IMG/VR virus record: IMGVR_UViG_3300045988_080144
Length of the DNA: 58,634 nucleotides
Strand: one strand, 5' to 3'
Source: a virus
Shown: one piece after another, positions 57,551-58,634 of the stretch
Position numbering within the stretch: position 1 is the stretch's first letter
Layout: each line of letters starts with the position of its first letter
Translations under genes and position numbers: made by a program
The notes under the pieces: model-generated
Databases searched by the model: none
Seen by the model: the letters and a program-made list of their open reading frames with translations, nothing else
What the model was told of the DNA's origin: nothing

Positions 57551-58634
57551 ATGCCAAAAAGAAAAGGATTCCTGTATGAATGGATGTGTGACAAAGAACA
57601 CATCCGCGAAGCCATTGTGTTTGGCGCGAAAGACAAACACGATCGGCGCGACGTAAGACGGGTGCTGGCCGACGTGGACGGCTTCACGGACCGCGTCTAT
57701 GATCTTCTGCAGACGCAGACTTTCGCCCCAGCCCAGCCGAAGAAGCGCAAGATCTTCGACAACAGCAGCCGAAAGTGGAGAGAGATCGAATACGTTCCGT
57801 TCTTCCCCGACGGCATTGTCCACACGTTGATGGTCTTGGCGGCGGCGCCGGTCTTCCTGCGCGGGATGAATTACTGGTGCTGCGCATCAGTACCGGGACG
57901 CGGCGGAAAGCACGCGCTTCGGCGCTGCAAGCGTGTCATTCACCACTGCAAAAAAGGAAGCCGGTACGTCTGCAAAATGGACGTTCACCACTTCTACCAT
58001 TCTGTCGACCGCCGCAAGCTGATCTGGATGCTGGCGCACAAGATTAAGGACAAGAAGTATCTAAAGCTGACGTGGGAGATCCTGCAAACCTGCGAACAGG
58101 GGCTGGCCATTGGCTTTTTCATCTGCCAGTGGCTCGCAAATTTCTATCTTGAGCCGCTCGACCGTTACATTACGACGCTCGACGGTGTGAAGTACAGCGT
58201 GCGATACATGGATGATATTGTCCTCTTTGGCCCGAACAAAAAGAAGCTGCACCGTGCGCGGAAAGCGATTGCCGAGTATCTGCAAAAGCGGCTGCGGCTG
58301 CAGATGAAAGGTAACTGGCAGGTGTTCCCCTTAAAAGCACGGCCGCTGGATTACGTCGGGTATCGCTTTTACCGCGATTATACTACCATGCGCCGAAAAA
58401 ACTTCCTGCGCTTTACGCGCCAATGCCGCAAGGTGCGCAAGAAGATCGAGCGTCACCAGCGGATCGCGTATCGGACGGCATCGGGGCTTTTGAGCCGGAT
58501 CGGCCAGCTCAAGCATTGCAATTCCGCTGCGGCGCGGAAAAAGTATGTTGACCCCATCGGGGTACGAATCTTGAAGGAGGTTGTGCGAAATGAAAGTAAG
58601 AGGCGACAATGCGCCGGCAAATGCGTTCTCGCTG
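57551..58634 (+). CDS. DGR reverse transcriptase (runs off the window end; full ORF 365 aa ending at position 93 after wrap)
   Basis: AAGGAG lies 8 nt before ATG 57551. Motifs KMDVHHFYHSVD, GLAIGFFICQWLANFYLEPLD, VRYMDDIVLFG and LDYVGYRF. Not in the ORF track because no stop occurs within the window. Confidence 0.9.
   Translation, partial: MPKRKGFLYEWMCDKEHIREAIVFGAKDKHDRRDVRRVLADVDGFTDRVYDLLQTQTFAPAQPKKRKIFDNSSRKWREIEYVPFFPDGIVHTLMVLAAAPVFLRGMNYWCCASVPGRGGKHALRRCKRVIHHCKKGSRYVCKMDVHHFYHSVDRRKLIWMLAHKIKDKKYLKLTWEILQTCEQGLAIGFFICQWLANFYLEPLDRYITTLDGVKYSVRYMDDIVLFGPNKKKLHRARKAIAEYLQKRLRLQMKGNWQVFPLKARPLDYVGYRFYRDYTTMRRKNFLRFTRQCRKVRKKIERHQRIAYRTASGLLSRIGQLKHCNSAAARKKYVDPIGVRILKEVVRNESKRRQCAGKCVLA
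58556..58634. repeat. Terminal overlap, copy 2 (identical to 1-79)
   Basis: 79/79 identity, read by eye. Confidence 0.95.

Larger units (their letters stand above)
1..58555. mobile_element. Complete circularly permuted temperate phage genome (contractile tail, lambda-order head module)
   Basis: Integrase, cI/cro, replication, terminase, head, sheath/tube, baseplate, fibre and lysis modules are all present. Nt 1-79 are identical to 58556-58634, giving a unit length of 58,555 bp. Confidence 0.85.

Noticed and set aside
58556-58634. 79-bp terminal direct repeat as a biological DTR or LTR
   Set aside because: The repeat is short and exact, and an ORF (the RT) reads straight through it. It is best explained as the overlap of a circular assembly. 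Lambda-type terminase genes predict cos ends elsewhere.
1-58634. Toxin, antibiotic-resistance, rRNA, tRNA or CRISPR content
   Set aside because: Nothing recognisable was seen on reading either strand. Absence is based on manual inspection only, and a tRNA or covariance-model scan would be needed for certainty.

Overview
The window is a complete, circularly permuted genome of a temperate, contractile-tailed phage or prophage. Nucleotides 1-79 are identical to 58556-58634, so the unit length is 58,555 bp. The sequence is GC-rich with AGGAGG-type ribosome-binding sites and Firmicutes/Clostridia-like gene content; the host assignment is inference only.

Gene order, on the + strand unless stated:
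- Two small XkdX-like ORFs and the lysis cassette (421-2561).
- A 7-gene minus-strand cargo operon of unknown function (2725-5400), with its own divergent-promoter switch and a candidate antisense sRNA.
- Three HTH regulators.
- An attP-like region, tyrosine integrase, lipoprotein and cI/cro switch (6.9-10 kb).
- A recombination/replication module: DUF1351-like protein, RecT, MBL-fold protein, NinB-like protein, SSB, replisome organiser with internal iterons, and RecU.
- Middle genes: truncated MTase-like protein, Myb-repeat protein, ParB-like protein, Lar-like protein and an ArpU-like late activator.
- An IbrA/IbrB-like (DndC/DndB-like) PAPS-reductase + ParB pair, plus a further ParB-like protein.
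- Head genes in lambda order (Nu1-A-W-B-C-D-E).
- Sheath, tube, chaperone with a -1 frameshift, tape measure and baseplate.
- An expanded tail-fibre module.

The fibre module holds the two most interesting systems:
1. A radical SAM/SPASM maturase, a 240-aa protein with 34 Cys in a CXXX register, and a partner gene (51526-54128).
2. A complete diversity-generating retroelement (DGR): VR 56900-57039, TR 57280-57419, and an RT that starts at 57551 and runs across the junction to position 93. This RT ORF is absent from the supplied ORF track.

No rRNA, tRNA or CRISPR array was recognised. Most long minus-strand ORFs in the track are GC-rich shadow frames.
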